Numbered from the whole stretch's first letter, positions 1-13,767 are shown. The stretch is DNA of 63,668 nt, filler included, from Olpidium bornovanus S191 (GCA_017911155.1; 27 parts of 27 records of this genome joined end to end with filler, not necessarily neighbours in it), one strand, 5' to 3'. Notes: generated by a model from the letters alone, not told the origin. Translations and numbers: made by a program.

Positions 1-16
1 GGCAGTCCTATCAACT

Positions 17-100
17 TGTTGGCTGCGAGAACGGCCCTGTAGCGCGGAGGGGTTTGCACGAGATCAAAGTACGTATCCATTTGGATTAGGAAATTCTACA
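17..100 (-). mobile_element. Possible short LTR related at its ends to the LTR at 1804-1937
   Basis: TGTTGG...TAGGAAATTCTACA resembles TGTTGG...TAGGAATTCTACA at 1804-1937. No target-site duplication found (CAACT vs ATTGA). Confidence 0.35.
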
Positions 101-922
101 ATTGAATAGGACCCCTGCGACTATCGTATTTAAACACTTTGCCGAGCATAATCCGGAGTGACTCAGCATGTGGCTGTTGATCAATAGCGTCATATGGCTG
201 GCTGAGTCGCTGCATTTTGAGTTGTTGCAGCTCAGCCCTCAAAACGCCTATCTCGCCGGTGGGGTCATTGATGTCGTCTCCCCGGGGCCGGTTTGGCAAA
301 TCCTGGTCGTCTAGAAATCTTTCTCCATGTTCAAAACCGGTTGAAAAGATTGCTGCCTTGCTGGGTTTAGACTTGGGTGCCCTTGACGTCCCGCTTGTCG
401 GGGTTCCTTCTCCTTCGAGAGGCATGATGATGGGAAAGCGGCGAAAGCGCGGTGGCGAAAAAAGAAAGGCGGCGGCGGAAAAAAAAAAAAACGGCGGCAG
501 CGAAAAAAAAAACGGCGGAAAAGCGCAGCGGCGGTGGCGAAAAGCGGCGGCGGCGGCAAAAAAGAAAACGGCGAAGCCGAGCTGCGGGTGCCCGGAGGCG
601 TAGCCGAGCGGCGGGGGCGGCAGAGAAGCGCAGCAACGATGGCGGCCGCGGCGATGAAAGCGGCGGCGGCGGCGAAAGCAAAGGCGGCGGTCGGCGACGG
701 AGCGCTGCGGCGGAGGGCGGCGCTGCGGCGGCGGTCGGCGACGGCGGCGGCAAAGATGCGACGGCGGTCGGCGACGGCGGCGGCAAAGATGCGGCGGCCG
801 TCGGCGACGGCGGTCCGGTGTCAGAGTCCGTTTGGGCTCATAACCTGTTCGTTTTCCTTTGTGGTTTTCGTCGCTGTTGAGGCAAACGTGTTTATTGAGA
901 AAAGGAGAAAGATATACAAACA
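96..922 (-). mobile_element. 5' part of a Ty1/copia-type LTR retrotransposon: candidate LTR 846-922, PBS 834-845, GCC-rich leader, truncated gag-like ORF
   Basis: Minus strand reads ...AACA then GGTTATGAGCCC (half-tRNA-iMet PBS). Candidate LTR TGTT...AACA of 77 bp. 33-bp tandem units at about 725-815. Short coiled-coil ORF (MPLEGEG...GVLRAELQQLKMQRL) ends where TGTAG begins at 100. Confidence 0.65.
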
Positions 923-1202
923 TTCAGGGGTTCCGACCCCGGTACGCGTAACTCCACCCGGCAAATCCCAACATTTCCAATGCCTAGGGTGTCCTCGGGC
1001 AAACTCCCTTGTATGACTTTGCCAAACCATGTATGCTTGTCCTTCCAAGTGCTGTGTAGCAAGGGCGAGTGTGTCCTTCTTGTCGAGTTCTGCTTCGCCC
1101 GCGGCGGCTTCCGGCTTGTTTTGGAATGCTGCCAGGGCCGCTGCACCCTCGGTCCCTTAGTAGTTAGGGATGGCGGCCATCATGGTTCTCGACACCGTGG
1201 CA

Positions 1203-1937
1203 TCAGGCTTGCGAGGGGGTTTGCGGGACGCGTTGTACTCGTTGGTGTTTTAAGTCTTTGTCGAGGAATCTTTGGACGTGGTTTTGCTGTAGCTTATTGT
1301 CATGTTCGAGTTTGCGGCTCCTGTGGTAGTCGTCACTGCGGGTTTCTTCCATGGGTCCCTCTTCCAGGCGTCTGGTGTATGCTTGGAGCTGGGTCAATTG
1401 TCGGCGGAGTTCCCGTACTTTCTCATTGTAGTGCTGGGCCATGTCCACCTTGTGGTTCTGTCCATATCTCCCCAGGGGTGGCGTGCCTGAGGGCGTAGTT
1501 GTTGGCAAGGCCCAGTGAACCAGGAGCGGTTGTCCGTCCATGGTGGCTTTGGCCTAACAGAGTGCAGGCGGTGGTTTTCCGCGTTAGTACTGACGGTTCT
1601 CTCCTATTGCGCAGTTGCCGACGGGTGGCTTTCTTTTGCGCAGTTGCCGATGGGCGGCTCTCCTTTTGCGCAGTTGCCGACGGACAGCTCTCTTTTGCGC
1701 AGTTGCCGACGGACGGCTCTCTTTTGCACAGTTGCCGTCAGGCGGCTCTCTTTTTGCTTTGGGAGATTATCGTGGGCAGGAAAGTCCGCTTGGGCTCATA
1801 ACCTGTTGGATTTGGAAGCCGCAGACCGAACCAGAAGCCGAAGAGGCAGGAGAGGATTGTATTTTCGTGTGTTCGGGGCGTGGCGTTGCTATCTACTCCA
1901 GGCTCATTTTATATGGCGAGCAGCTAGGAATTCTACA
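1203..1937 (-). mobile_element. 5' part of a second copia-type element: LTR 1804-1937, PBS 1792-1803, repeat-containing leader, gag-like coiled-coil ORF remnant
   Basis: Minus strand TGTAGAA...CCAACA followed directly by GGTTATGAGCCC. Downstream reading frame HYNEKVRELRRQLTQLQAYTRRLEE is coiled-coil-like. Confidence 0.65.
1609..1757. repeat. Five tandem units of about 29-30 bp in the retroelement leader
   Basis: GCGCAGTTGCCGACGGACGGCTCTCTTTT-like unit repeated five times with substitutions. Confidence 0.9.
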
Positions 1938-3192
1938 AAGGGGCAACAGGGGTAAATGAAGGAGGAGTGGGCGCAGTGTACTATCCCGTTTTGTTTCAGG
2001 TTGTGTTCCAGCCCCTGTTTCAGGCCTCGTTTTAACAGGCCCTCAGGGTGCACGCGGTGTACAGTATATGTATGTACGGTACCCCGCTGCCTCAGCTGAG
2101 CGCTCACCTTTGTGTTCTTGCCCGTTTGATTCCAACGCACCCCACCCACTTCCCACCTTCCCCACCCCCGCTCTCCATCAAGACACGGGCACTGACAACC
2201 GGAACCACCACTCGGAGGGCTCATTTGGCGGCTCGGAAAGCGGCTACCGAGTCGCACGGGTGGCCAACGTCATCTCAGAGGCATGCATAATCCAATGGCA
2301 ATAGGAAGCCGCTACGTCATGCTCGGAAGCACCTTCCCTACCAAACATTTGCAAACATTCCCTGTTGGCGGTCAACGGTTCGCCCCGGATTTGGACTTCC
2401 GCATTCCACATATCACGGTTTGAAACAATTGTGCTTGTGGACTTTTCAATTTGCGAACAGCATTAACGAAATTTGGAGATACGAGGGCCCCCTTTGGAAC
2501 CTTCTCCTTCTCCGTTGCCATGGTGGCCGTGCGGCGTGTAATTTCCGTCACCGCTCTCCTAAGGGGATGGCGACCCGAACCGCCCGCCCATCCCCCCTTC
2601 CCCCCTCCCCTCCCCCCAAAGATCACACAGTCGACTTTATATCCGACCTGGCTAATTATAAAAAATACATCATTTGTATCAAATTTTTGCAGACTATCTT
2701 TGGGTCGTTGAATCGTTGAAGCGTAAACGCAAGAGTCACAGCGCCATTGCGGCATAGAAAGATAATAAGAACTTCGAAGAATTTCAAGGAGAGGTTGAAT
2801 TGTGAAACATTGCTCTGCTGAGTCACCATCTTGGGCGAGTTGTCCGTTGCGCCTCTGGTTAACATTTCCACAAAAGTCAGTAAAACTAAATGAGAATTGC
2901 TCTGTACACTGTTCATCGTTGGGGGGTTCTGGTAAGGTCCATAGCTGCGGAAACGGAGCCAGAAGCGGAGGTGCGCGAGCGGGGAGCGGAAGCGGGGAGC
3001 GACGGGCGGAGCAGGAAGAGGAAGTGTTTGTTTTCTTGGTGTTGTGTTCGGGTGAGGGTGAAGCGCGAATTCACCTGTGGGCGCACTCCCCGAGGGGGTT
3101 ATACCCCCCCCCCCCCCCCCCCCCCCCCGCCCCCCCCCCCCCCCCCCCCGCCCCCCCCCGCCGCCCCCCCCCCCGCCCCCCCCCCCCCCCCC

Positions 3193-3306
3193 CCGCGCCG
3201 TCTGCGCCGCCTGCACCCCCCTGCCGCGCCGTCTGCGCCGCCTGCACCCGCCCGCCGCGCCGTCTGCGCCGCCTGTATCCGCGTGCCGCGCCGTCTGCGC
3301 CGCCCA
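3193..3306. repeat. Minisatellite of about 30-31 bp running into the contig end
   Basis: CCGCGCCGTCTGCGCCGCCTG core repeated four times after a long poly-C tract. Confidence 0.9.
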
Positions 3307-3406
3307 NNNNNNNNNNNNNNNNNNNNNNNNNNNNNNNNNNNNNNNNNNNNTTAATTAATTAANNNNNNNNNNNNNNNNNNNNNNNNNNNNNNNNNNNNNN
3401 NNNNNN
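3307..3406. other. Artificial contig-joining spacer (first of 26)
   Basis: 44 N + TTAATTAATTAA (stops in all six frames) + 44 N. Identical spacers start at 3307, 14988, 16157, 18404, 20905, 22714, 24123, 25671, 27963, 29227, 30361, 32431, 34181, 36865, 38688, 42825, 44629, 46964, 48146, 49470, 51654, 54051, 55491, 57188, 60217 and 62257. Confidence 0.99.
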
Positions 3407-4015
3407 ACGATACCCCCCCCCCCCCCATGGGCAGCACCCACCCCTCCCCACCAAGCGGGAGGCAGTCCCTTCCTCCCCACCAAGCAGCGGGGTTCCGAGG
3501 GCAGCTGAAACCGAAAACGAAAAAAAAGCCTTTTATTACGCTACACCCTTCTCCGCGCGTTCCGCAGAAGCTTTGGCCGAATTAGCGTCGAATCCTGCAC
3601 CCCCCCACCACCCGGATGGTTTTTGACGAACGGCAAATTTCCACTGTGGGGGATGCTTCGGGCACAGGTCCCTCTTTCCCCTGCCCGCTCTCCTCCACCG
3701 GCAAACCCTGTAAAACGTTGCCCGGATTTGGGTGTCTGAAACAGTAGAAAGTTTGCCACAGCCGTTAATGAGGCTCCGGCCGAGCTTCAGGTGGACCGCC
3801 TTCCCCCGCCATTTGCCCTTGCCGAACGACGTGGGCTTGCTCGGGTGCGCGACACTCCCCGGGATGACTTTATGGTTTTCTATCAGCTGACACAGCTCCA
3901 CAATGAAAGACGTCCCCCAACCCCCCTCTCTCCTTGTCAACAAGAGAACCAATCGAAGCGACCCGCGCTCAAGAAAGGCACAGGGAGGGCGGGAGGTGGG
4001 GGACGGGCTTCGGCG

Positions 4016-5639
4016 CTATTTGAACAGGTCGGCAAAGAAGCGGTCTACGTCCTCCGAGATCTCCTTCTGGGACCGCCTTTCGTCTGTCGGGCTCCGACTC
4101 CGCGGCGGCCGGTATGGTTGCCGGCGACCATCCCGCGACATGCGCTTGCTCTGCCGCCGGCGGTCGGCGCTTCGACGGTCGCGGCTTCGGCTGCGACGGA
4201 CGGAAGACGTCCGATCTGCATCCCGCGCGTCTACCAAGAGGGGTTTCGCAGAAAAAAAATAAAAAAAAAAGAAACAGTCAGCGAAAGCGATTAGGCGTGC
4301 GATCGCCCCTTTGTTCCGGGCGAAACGCGCCACTGGCCGCCACCTTCAGAAACGCCGCTCGCCGTCCGGCGGCGGTGTTTCTTGAGGGACCCGTCTTCGC
4401 CGTCCGTTCGGCCGCCGCCGGTATCGCCGCCGCGTTCCGACCGCCTGCCCGATTTGCGGCGCATTCGCCAATGACTCCGATCTTCTTTCTGCGCCGGCGA
4501 CAACGACGACGACTCGCCGGCCGAAGACGGCGCGCGCCCGGGCGATCCTTTTCCGCCGCCTGTCCTGTCCCCCCGGGTATCGCCGCCGCGTTCGGGCCGC
4601 CTGTCCGAATTGCGCCGCCTACGCCGGTGACGCCGATCGTCTTCCTCCGACGACAGTTCGCCGTCCGAAAACGGTGCGCGACTGAGCAACCCGTTTTCGC
4701 CGCCTGTCCCGTCCGAGGCGACATCGTCGCCGCGTCCGAGCTGCCTGCCCGATTTGCGCCGCCTCCGCCGGCAATGCCGATCGTCTTTCTTCGACGACGA
4801 CTCGCTGCCCAAAAACGGCGCGCGCCTGGGCGACCCGTCGTCGGCGCCTGTCCCGCGCCCACCGACGTCGTCGCCGTGTTCGGGCGGCCTGCGCGAATTG
4901 TGCCGCCTCCGCCGGTGACGCCGATCATCATCCTCCGACGACGACTCGCCGCCCGAAGACGCCTCGCGCCGCGCGGGCAGCCTCGTCCTCTTCCTCTTTT
5001 CCTTTTTACGGTGCCGCCGCCTGCTTTCCTCTCCGGCAGCGGAGAAGTCTTTCTCCTCGCGGCTGTGGTGCAGCTTGGCGGAGCAATCTGGGCACAGTCG
5101 CAACTTCACCAGGGCGTTCTTGCGCTCGCCGCCCTCCGAGTACGCGAAGTTGACTTCCCAAGACTTCAGATCCTCCTCCTCCTCGCACCGCAGGGCGCCG
5201 CACACGAACTGGCCCTTACCGCCCACGGCTTCCGAGTGCGTGCGCCACCGGAGGGCAATCTAAAGTGCCCCCCGCGCGGTTATATCAGCGTTCTTTCGTC
5301 TGTTGTTGCCGAAGGTACGCCTCGCCTCGGGAGCAAACACAAAAAGCCACGTTTTAGAGAAGCGCCGTACCTTCCCTTCATCGTAGCGCTTGAGCTCCGC
5401 GATGCAGTACTCCTTGAACAGCCTGCCGTAGTACTTTTTCGCAACCCGTTGTTCCCACGTGAGCTGGTTCTCGTCTTCGTCGGGACTCCGGAGAAACTGG
5501 TGGTTCTTCTTTAGCACATCGAATCTGCGGGGAATAGGACGGAGTTTAATAAACCGTGGAGAGACCCGTGAGTTCAAAAGGGAGCGCGACCGCAGGCTTC
5601 AGCCGGCGTCCGCGCCCGTCCTGGCCGGGTCGACCAATA

Positions 5640-5691
<52 letters not shown>

Positions 5692-6043
5692 CCGCTCTCT
5701 CTCTCTCTCTCTCTCCCGCTCTCTCTCTTTCTCTTTTTCTCTCTTTGTGTGTCCTTTTCGCAAAAGAAGAAAACCCCCCCACGTACTCGGTAATATACTC
5801 CTTTTCCGCCTCCCTCTGTCGCTCCGCGAGTTTCTCGGCGCCGCCGTACACGCGCAGATACGTGTCGACGAAGTACTTATGGCGGGTCCACGCGCCCAGG
5901 CCGTTCAGCTCGTTCCTGAATACCTTCCTGCTGTGCAGCTCGGCGGCGGACGGCGGCGCCTCCGGGACGGCGTCGTCGCCAGCCGCGGCGAAGCGGCGGG
6001 CGCGGACGGAAGGGGGCGGCCGCGCCGGCCGCAGGGCTGCCAT
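4016..6043 (-). CDS. FRA10AC1: FRA10AC1 family spliceosome-associated protein, multi-exon
   Basis: ATG at 6043. Motifs RHKYFVDTY, DVLKKNHQFLR, LTWEQRVAKKYYGRLFKEYCIAELKRY, IALRWRT...GKGQFVCG, EVNFAYSE...KNALVKLRLCPDCSAKL. Acidic C-terminus EDVDRFFADLFK with stop at 4016-4018. Last intron boundaries uncertain. Confidence 0.92.
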
Positions 6044-7115
6044 ATCAGGCTCGCGCCTAGCTTTTGGGGGCGGCGGCGTTTCGGCGCAGGCGGGCCGAGG
6101 TCGAGACGCAGGCGGGGGTTGCGGGCCCGCGCAAAGGGGTTTTTCTTTTTTTTTTTTTTCAGGCGGGCGCGGAAAGGGCTCGCTCTCGTCCCCCCGCGCT
6201 CGTCACACCCGGGAATCTGGAAGGGGCGGTTTCGCTGCACAGGCAGGAAACAAAAAGTGCCTTGCCGCCTCGCTTGGTCTCTCTCTTCTCCGGCGGCAAA
6301 AAGGGCCAGGCAAGGAGAGGAAAAGCAGAATGAGAGATAGAGAAAGAGAGAGAGAGAGAGAAAAAAAAAGATGGTGAGAGAGTAAGAGAGTGAGTGTTAA
6401 GGGTTTTAGGATTAGGGTTGTTAAATAGTTGTCTAAGGTTAAGGCATCAACCCCTGCCCCCCCCCGCCACTTTTCGTTTTATCTTTTTATTTTTTTTTTC
6501 GAACGGCGCGCCTTGCTTCGGCATTTCTTCTCGAAGATTAGGCGGACCGCCGTCGTAAAACCGGGTGGGAAGAGGCCAATCTCGCTTTTTCTTCGCCTCA
6601 CCGGAACGCGGGCATTCCTTTCTCAAGCCGGGAATGGGGTCATCACGAGCGCTTGGCGATTTCGCTCGAAACCGGTGTCGGGGGAACGGGGAGGTTAACT
6701 TGATGACGAAGTCGGCGCGGTTTTCACCGGACGGCACCTCGCATAGGGAAGGGGGACCTTAACTTCTCGGGCGTAGACGGTTTTTCCTTCAATCAAGTTA
6801 TCTCCCCGTACGGAGCAACCTCGGAAAAGGTAAAAGAATCACCGGTTGGCCGGCCTCGCCCTACGGCGGCTACGGTATACCTTATAATTATGGCCCGAGA
6901 GATAACTGATTGATTTCGACTTCAGCGAAGTTATTCTTACATTATAACTCCCGAAACCGAGGCGGTAACTTATCCGAGGGAAGACTGCATAGACTTGCGA
7001 CTGAACATGACATACGTGACAACATCATGTGCATCGGTTTATGATTATTTGTAATTTTTGGTTATGTCACATCGCCGCCCGCTGCCTCGAACGCACGCGT
7101 GTCGGTTGATGTTAG

Positions 7116-8477
<1,362 letters not shown>

Positions 8478-10047
8478 GCAACGCGAAGCCACCAACTCCC
8501 CCCCCTCCCGGTCACGAGGGGAAACCGCAGGTGAACAAGCTGGAAGCCGAGAAAGTCATATGCGCGCGCGGGACCTCCGCCGCGGGCTCCCGGTTGGCTC
8601 GCTTGCCACCCCAAGTCTCCCCAGCGCGCGCAGCCTCAACGGCCAAAAAAATTATTTGTGACACGCAAACGGTCGCCGCGACTCCCCTCTCCCCACACCA
8701 GTTTTTGTTACGAAGCTCTGCCAGTTTACGCGTAGCGCAGGAACTCCCGACGATTGAGCGCAATATATCTAACGTTTCGCGGCTGTTCGAGAGGACTCCT
8801 GGGCCTGGATTGTGCCGCGGGAGGCTCGGCTGGGATTTATAATGAACGATGAAGAAGCTCTTGCGAGGACAGGACAAAAAAATGCTTGGTTTCTCCTCAC
8901 GTTCTTTCATCCGAGCCTCGAACTGGCGCAGCACGGGTTGTTGGCATGTGATGAACTGGACTCCCAGAAACCATGAGATCCTGCTGTGGCTACTTTCTGT
9001 CAGACCTATCGCCGCCGTGTAGAACCCGAAGAGGACGCAGCGAGGCGAGACGAAGAGCAGAGAAGGCTTTCTGTGTTTGTGGCTACGGAAAAGGCGCTGC
9101 TGAATGGCTACGTAACCTACCTTAAATAGCGCTCGCCTATTTTGGAGCACGGCGCCGAGGAAAGGGGAGAGCCCCTTCGCGCTGGTGCTGCGCCGCCCTT
9201 TTTCGTCTCGTATCCAACACCATCGCCCCCGGTTCCGCACGCTCGTACGGGAGGAGGAGAGACGGGATAGTCCCTGGTCCGTCTCTTCCTAACCAACCTC
9301 CGTTTGCAGTGCAGATATGTGGTGGCCCCCCCCCCCCCCCCCCTCCACTCCCCTTTTCCTTTCGCCAACCCGCTACGAGAGCGCGACTTGACGGACAACG
9401 GATCGGGGTTCGAGAATTGGACCGGACCACCACCATCCTCTCCCTCTCCCCCCACCACAGTTTCCCGGCGAAAACGCGGAGTCGCTCCACCCCATAGCTA
9501 CTAAACAGCCGGCGTTCGCGGGAGCAATACCCAGGGCTGCAGCGCACTCAATTTCCCAACCAGTGCCGGTCGGATCTGCGGCTACCCCCAAAACACACCC
9601 CCTCTCCCTTTTCCAGCCTTTTTCACCAAAACGAAAACCGTTTCTCTCCAGATCAAAGCGGAGAATCCTCCCCCCCCCCTACCCCCCGCCGTCCCGGCGC
9701 CTCTGCCTGGCCGCCCGAGCTGTGTCCCGCCGGGGTTTTGGTGCTCCTCCAACGCACAATTTGCGACGGGTCTATACATATCGTCGGGTGTTTTTTGTGG
9801 TGCCCCATCTTCCTTGACGGGTGAAAACAGGATGTGTGAGCGTTTTATACACCTGCATCGTCCCCTTAACAATGTCGTCCGCTTTTGTCAGGCTGCGGAC
9901 GGCTGCGGGAACGACGTTCGGACCTTCTCATCCAGCTTCCGGCGACACTGTTGCAGTCCGGCGCAGCAGTGGCCATGTCTGCCACGGCAGCAAGCTCTCG
10001 GAGATCCGCCTTGCTCCAAGAGGTATATACTGCACTGTAAGGATAAA

Positions 10048-11319
10048 TCACGGACGCTCGTCTGCCGCGTTCCACCACTCGGGTCCCGCTCCGGCGGGCG
10101 TCAGCTTGAGGCCCTCATTGAAGGCTTTGGTAAAGAACGGCGAAAGCTCGTTTATCTCCATGAAGCCAAGATTGCTGACCTGTTCGTGCGATACATCCGA
10201 GAACAGCAGAATGATGCAGATCCGCCGTGATTTGAGTAATAAAGCCAGGCGTGACTCCGTTGGAGAGCGATTCGTGCACTGAATTCGAAAAATCCGCGTT
10301 TTTCGGGAGCCTCGGCACTGGCAAATTCAGCAAGCCAGACAACACCGACCTGCAAATGGTACGGATCAACGATCGCAAGACCCGCCCTCGCCTTGGCCTG
10401 GCGAGCTTCCCTCAGATCGCTGACCAGCTTGTGGCACGCCGTCACTTGCGGGATATCGTCTGCCGCTCTGGTAGCACGGTGGCTGTGAACCACGAAGGAT
10501 CCTTGGCCGAAGGCTCCCGCATATGCCGGCCCCATATTTCCGACCTCACTCACACCTCAAACAGCATGAAGGCGGTCTCCAAAAAGTGGAAAGGCAACTC
10601 GCTGAAGGCATCCTGCGAGTTCTCTTCGAGCAGTTTCTGTTCCAGGTAGCCTTCGCGCGGATTTCCGAAAATCGTCGTGTAGGACGAGTCAGGTTTCCAG
10701 GCCGGACGAGAAGACTCTCGCGGGCAGACGGGGCGAACCCGGCGGCAGCGCTTGGGGCAAAACAGAAGAAGCTCGGGCTGTCGGCGACCCACCGACGTCC
10801 AGCCACTCGGGCGGCTGCACAACGCACTTTCGCGCCTTCTTCAGGGCCACGGCGAGCCACAGCGGGACTTCCGCGCGGATGGGCGGCCGAAACGGCCCGT
10901 ACGATCCCTGGAACCGCGAAAGCGCGGTCGGCGCGTTCAGTTTGGCGCCGCCGCCACGTTCTCCACGCGCTACTGCGCCGGGCGGCGGCGGCGGCCCCCC
11001 CCCCCCCTGCGCGTTTGACCGTCGCTTCCGGCAGACACCGGCCCTCCCCTAGGCGACGTCGAAAGCGCTTTTTCCGGGAGGCCCCCAACCGGAAAGAAAG
11101 TGCGGTCTTTCCGCAGCGCACGGCGGCAGGTGTGCCGGCGGGCGCCGGAAGAGGCGAGCAAGGGGGACCGGCGGACCGCCGAAACGAAAACCTCACCGCG
11201 ATGAAGTGCAACTCCGGCAGCCTGTGGGTCGGTGTGATGTGCACCCGCTGGTCTCCCGCGACGAACTCGCACTCCGCCGGCGTGAAGGCGGCCCCGGCGC
11301 AGTCCCTCGGCAGCGCCAT
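10048..11319 (-). CDS. PSF2: GINS complex subunit Psf2, five exons
   Basis: MALPR...FTPAECEFVAGD...LPELHFIA / GSYGPFRPPIRAEVPLWLAVALKKARKCVVQPPEWL / YLEQKLLEE...FSELPFHFLETAFMLFE / ADDIP...LVSDLREARQAKARAGL / NLGFMEINELSPFF. Stop at 10048-10050. Confidence 0.95.
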
Positions 11320-11458
11320 GTGTGCGTGAGCGTCGTCGGTCCGACCTTTGGCGGGCGGGCGTTTGCGCGGAGAATTTTCGTCCGCGTTCTCCGCGGAAAA
11401 GCCGCCCCGGCTAACCGCCCCGGCTAACCGCCCCCGCCTTGCGCCCGCCCACCCGACC
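11320..11458. promoter_or_regulatory. Compact bidirectional promoter between PSF2 and C9orf78/TLS1
   Basis: Only 139 bp separate the two divergent ATGs. Contains a direct repeat GCCCCGGCTAACC x2. Confidence 0.6.
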
Positions 11459-13383
11459 ATGCCGCCGAAGACGACGAAGACGACGGCCCACGACGCTGCC
11501 CGGAGAAAGGGGAGGAACTACCGCACGAAGCAACCCGCCGCCGGCTGGGGCGAAGGAGGAGTCTCCGCCGAACGCCCGCCGGCCTCGCCGGAGGAGGATG
11601 GGGAGCAGGAGCCGCCGGCACGCGGACAGCCTCCGCGGCAGGGCGAGGCGGACAGCCCGCCGAGCGCTGCCAACGCCGCCGCACGAAAAGGAGCGGAGGC
11701 AACCGGCGAGAAAGACGACAAGGTTTCGGAGACCGGGTGCGTGGGAGGGAAGAGAGAGAGAGAGAGAGAGAGACGGAAGCGCGATCCGCCGTCTCGCGCC
11801 CTTTTTTCCGCGAAGCGGACGCACCGCTACCACCACGCGGCCTTTTCTCTGACCCTCGCAGGCTCTGGCCCCCCGTTTCGAAACGCCTCAGTGAGAACCT
11901 CGAGGACCTGTTCGAGTTCCGGCGACTGAGGAAGCGAAAGCACGGCGTTGACTCAGAGAAGTTGCAGAAGGGCGAGTCGAAGAAGAAGAGGAGCAAGGCC
12001 GGCGCCGTCTCGGAGGGGTCCGCGCCCGCCGGGGCTGGAGGGGCCGAGCAGGCCGCCGGAGCGTGAGTGAGAATCGGGGAAGACGACGGGGAGGGAGGGA
12101 TACGTGCAATTCCCCGCGGCAATTCTAGACTTACGCCCGCCGCTTTGTGTCACGTGCGAACTCGGCAGGGAAGATGAGGAGAAGGAGTCGAGAGTAATAA
12201 AAGACAACTTCACAAAGCAGACGAACGCGCTGGACGTGGACAAGCATATGTGAGGAGGGAGCGGGAGGGGCGACGCGGAAAGGGGTGGGCTCTCTCGGCG
12301 AAACAGTGGTGACATGCCCTTACGCAACGACCCTTCTGACGCCTGGACGGTCTGTAGGATGGCGTATATCGAAGGCCAGTTGCAGAAACGCCGAGGGGCC
12401 CGCACCGAGACGGGTGAAGAGGAGGAGGTTGCGAGAGCAGCGGACCCGAGGGACGAGCTGTTCAGCGCGCCGGACCACCTTAAGGTCGGGACAACAGCGT
12501 GGGAGCGCGGCGGAGCGCGAGGGGTGGGGTTGGGAGCGGGAAGGAGGAGGAAGGCGGCTAGGACTGCCGACCGGCCCGAGTTGATGCTCGTGAAGCTTGA
12601 CGATGGGCATTTCTTGCGTCTGCAGGTGGAAAAGCAGAAGGAAAGGGAAGAAAACGTCACCCAGTCAACTTCCATGTTGACAACGATACCAGAGGTCGAC
12701 CTGGGCATCGAGTACGTCTGCCGTTTGTTCTGCTCGTCCCCGCCACCCCGAGCCCATCCCTGGCTCGGAAGGGTATTTTATATTTTCCACCAGCACTTAG
12801 TCCGCCACCTTGCCCCCTTGTTTTCCGTCGTTCGCCGTTTACGAAAGTGCGCGGTTACGGAACATCGAGAAGACCGAGAGGGCGAAGCGGCAGATGCTCG
12901 AGACGAACGCGCGCCGAAGGGCTTCCGGCGACTTCGGAGGATCGAGCCACGTGGCCACGGAACGATGTGCGTTTCGCTTTCGCTTTTATTTTTATTTTTA
13001 TTTTTGCGTTCTCGTTCTCCTTTATTATAATGGAGAGAGGAGGGGTGTTTTCAAACTCCTCCTGTTCTGATTTTGTGCCCTTCTTTCGGAACTGCTCCTT
13101 TCTTTGTACTTAATCCGATCCGCTCGCTTTGTGTTTCGCCTCTATGCGTGCGCAAAATTTGCCGCGATTTCTAGTCTGGCGCGGTGGCCGGCGTATCGGC
13201 GATCGCGACCGGCCGTCGCAGCGCGGCGGCGGGGGCGGCGGCGGGGGCGACGGCGGCGGCCACAGGGGACACGGAAGCCACGGAGGCCACGGGGGCGGCG
13301 CGGCCAGGCGGCGCGCCGCCGAGCAGCGCGCGACGGACGACCTGGTCGTGGAGCGGTTCAAGAAAAAGATGCGCAAGTTCTGA
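11459..13383 (+). CDS. C9orf78: C9orf78 / Tls1 (HCA59 family) splicing factor, multi-exon
   Basis: Motifs EDLFEFRRLRKRKHGVD, DNFTKQTNALDVDKHMMAYIE, QSTSMLTTIPEVDLGI-DARLRNIEKTERAK, ATDDLVVERFKKKMRKF stop. Confidence 0.93.
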
Positions 13384-13734
13384 ACGGGGAGAGGAGGCGT
13401 TTCATTTATCTCTTTGGTTTTTTTTTTCATCCTCCGAGGGAAGTAACCTCCCTGGGGGTTTCGGCGAAAGGGGAGGGGGATGCCGGCCGCCCGTCAGGCA
13501 AATTACAGCTGGTTTGTTTTTTGTTTTACCTACGCCCACGTACCCCCCCCACGCCTCAATCCCCGTCCCGGGTGGATAATATCTACTTTTCGGCCCTCGT
13601 TAAAAGCCGGGAGGAAGAAAACACACTCGAGGCAAAAATATAACCTCCCGCGCGCCTACCAAAAAAAAATAAATAAATAATGAAAAAAAAAATCCAAAAT
13701 AACGATCCATAACGATCCCAACTCGAAGCGACGT

Positions 13735-13767
<33 letters not shown>

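Noticed and set aside
3351-3362. TTAATTAATTAA repeated 26 times at irregular spacing
   Set aside because: Always centred in a 100-nt N block. It is an artificial all-frame-stop linker, so adjacency across it has no biological meaning.
6396-6419. Telomere-like TTAAGGG-TTTTAGG-ATTAGGGTT
   Set aside because: Only one exact TTAGGG, internal to a contig and next to a (GA)n tract. Too short and degenerate to call.
8512-10047. ORFs between H3 and PSF2 as an additional gene
   Set aside because: No recognisable motif and no consistent exon chain on either strand. Left uncalled pending BLASTX or RNA-seq.
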